Source: an uncultured Candidatus Saccharibacteria bacterium (GTDB lineage: Bacteria; Patescibacteriota; Saccharimonadia; Saccharimonadales; JAGQNK01). Taken from it: 64,000 nt of DNA. Shown here in pieces: positions 63,267 through 64,000 of this stretch; the first letter of the stretch is position 1, and every line of letters begins with the position of its first letter. The stretch covers positions 660-64,659 of the forward strand of contig CAZWRG010000006.1 of the NCBI GenBank assembly GCA_964636355.1, in the 5' to 3' direction. The notes under the pieces were generated by a model, which saw nothing but the letters and a program-made list of their open reading frames with translations, made no database searches and had not been told where the DNA came from. A program made the position numbers and the translations under genes.

Positions 63267-64000
63267 TTATTCGTATCGCAAGGCTTCAATTGGATTTAAT
63301 CGACTGGCGCGTCTAGCTGGCAAGGTTGAGGCCAGAAAAGCTATCGTCATCACCAGTAAAATTATGCCAATCATCGGGCCAGCCGGAAAGGCAAACAGCT
63401 CTAGGCCATCAAAATCTTTTAATATTGTTTCGGAAGCTAAGTTGCTGCCAAAGCGACCAATAAGGTTAGCAGCTCCCAGGGCAATAAGGCCGCTCCAAAG
63501 ACCAATAAATATTGCTTCTAGGCTAAATAACATGAAAATTTTATTCTTGCTCATGCCCAGCGCTTTCATCAGGCCAATTTCTCTGGTTCGCTCCTGAACG
63601 GCCATAAATAATGTATTAACTATTCCAAAAGAAGCGGCGGCTAGAGCGATGGCCGCAAAAATATTAAGAAAAGTTGTGATGCCATTAATGATGGTGTTGA
63701 CCATGCCCAGCTGATCATCAAGCGTGCTGGCGGTGAGCTCGGCATCAGACAGTTGGTTTTTGATGTCCTGTAACTCCTCGTCAGAGATGTTGACATCATA
63801 TTTTGCGATGGCTGCCGGAAATTGATCTTTTTGAAGCTGAGGCAAACCTTCACTGGACCGATTATATGCATCACGCGCCAATGCAATACTGATATTCATG
63901 GCGTTACCCTGGATAAAGGTTTTTTGCTGAACACCGACAACCTTGACTGGCAGCCTGAAGATTTCGCCGCGGCTGTTCTTGAAAGCCAGCTCAACTGTTT
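63267..64000 (-). CDS. ABC transporter permease, FtsX/MacB-like (C-terminal part; gene continues past right edge)
   Basis: The C-terminal three-TM FtsX domain (REIGLMKALGMSKNKIF...IEALRYE). My translation stays open in frame upstream of the ATG at 63899 (..FRLPVKVVGVQQKTFIQGNA-MNIS..). Confidence 0.75.
   Translation of the reverse strand, partial: TVELAFKNSRGEIFRLPVKVVGVQQKTFIQGNAMNISIALARDAYNRSSEGLPQLQKDQFPAAIAKYDVNISDEELQDIKNQLSDAELTASTLDDQLGMVNTIINGITTFLNIFAAIALAAASFGIVNTLFMAVQERTREIGLMKALGMSKNKIFMLFSLEAIFIGLWSGLIALGAANLIGRFGSNLASETILKDFDGLELFAFPAGPMIGIILLVMTIAFLASTLPARRASRLNPIEALRYE

Overview
The window looks like a gene-dense stretch of a small, streamlined bacterial chromosome. I infer a Patescibacteria/CPR origin, possibly Saccharibacteria-like, from gene content and architecture only. 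Standard code 11 applies, since TGA terminates conserved genes. Core content includes a complete F1Fo ATP synthase operon (atpI-like, atpBEFHAGDC), secE-nusG-rplK-rplA and a separated rplJ-rplL. It also includes smpB, dnaB, dnaX, recR-ybaB, cysS, tRNA-Asn and tRNA-Gln. A dcd / tmk-thyX fusion forms a dTTP module. Other genes are a UvrD/AddA-like helicase-nuclease, a membrane-anchored double AAA+ protein, and envelope genes (GT2, GT4 x2, S11 and M15 peptidases, two GH-like paralogs). Five things stand out. (1) At 1.1-5.4 kb, single-gene modules are separated by a decaying direct repeat that is homologous to a tRNA 3' remnant. (2) Both tRNA genes sit in nests of partial tRNA copies. (3) Small orphan ORFs are translationally coupled inside the atp and rplKA operons and behind smpB and nusG. 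(4) An orphan island at 49.5-51.6 kb splits rplKA from rplJL. It has back-to-back promoters and two riboswitch-like leaders. (5) Several unusual fusions or extensions occur (Tmk-ThyX-ThyX, long L1 N-terminus). No CRISPR array, transposase, integrase or rRNA was seen. All homology calls come from motif recognition by eye, not from database searches.
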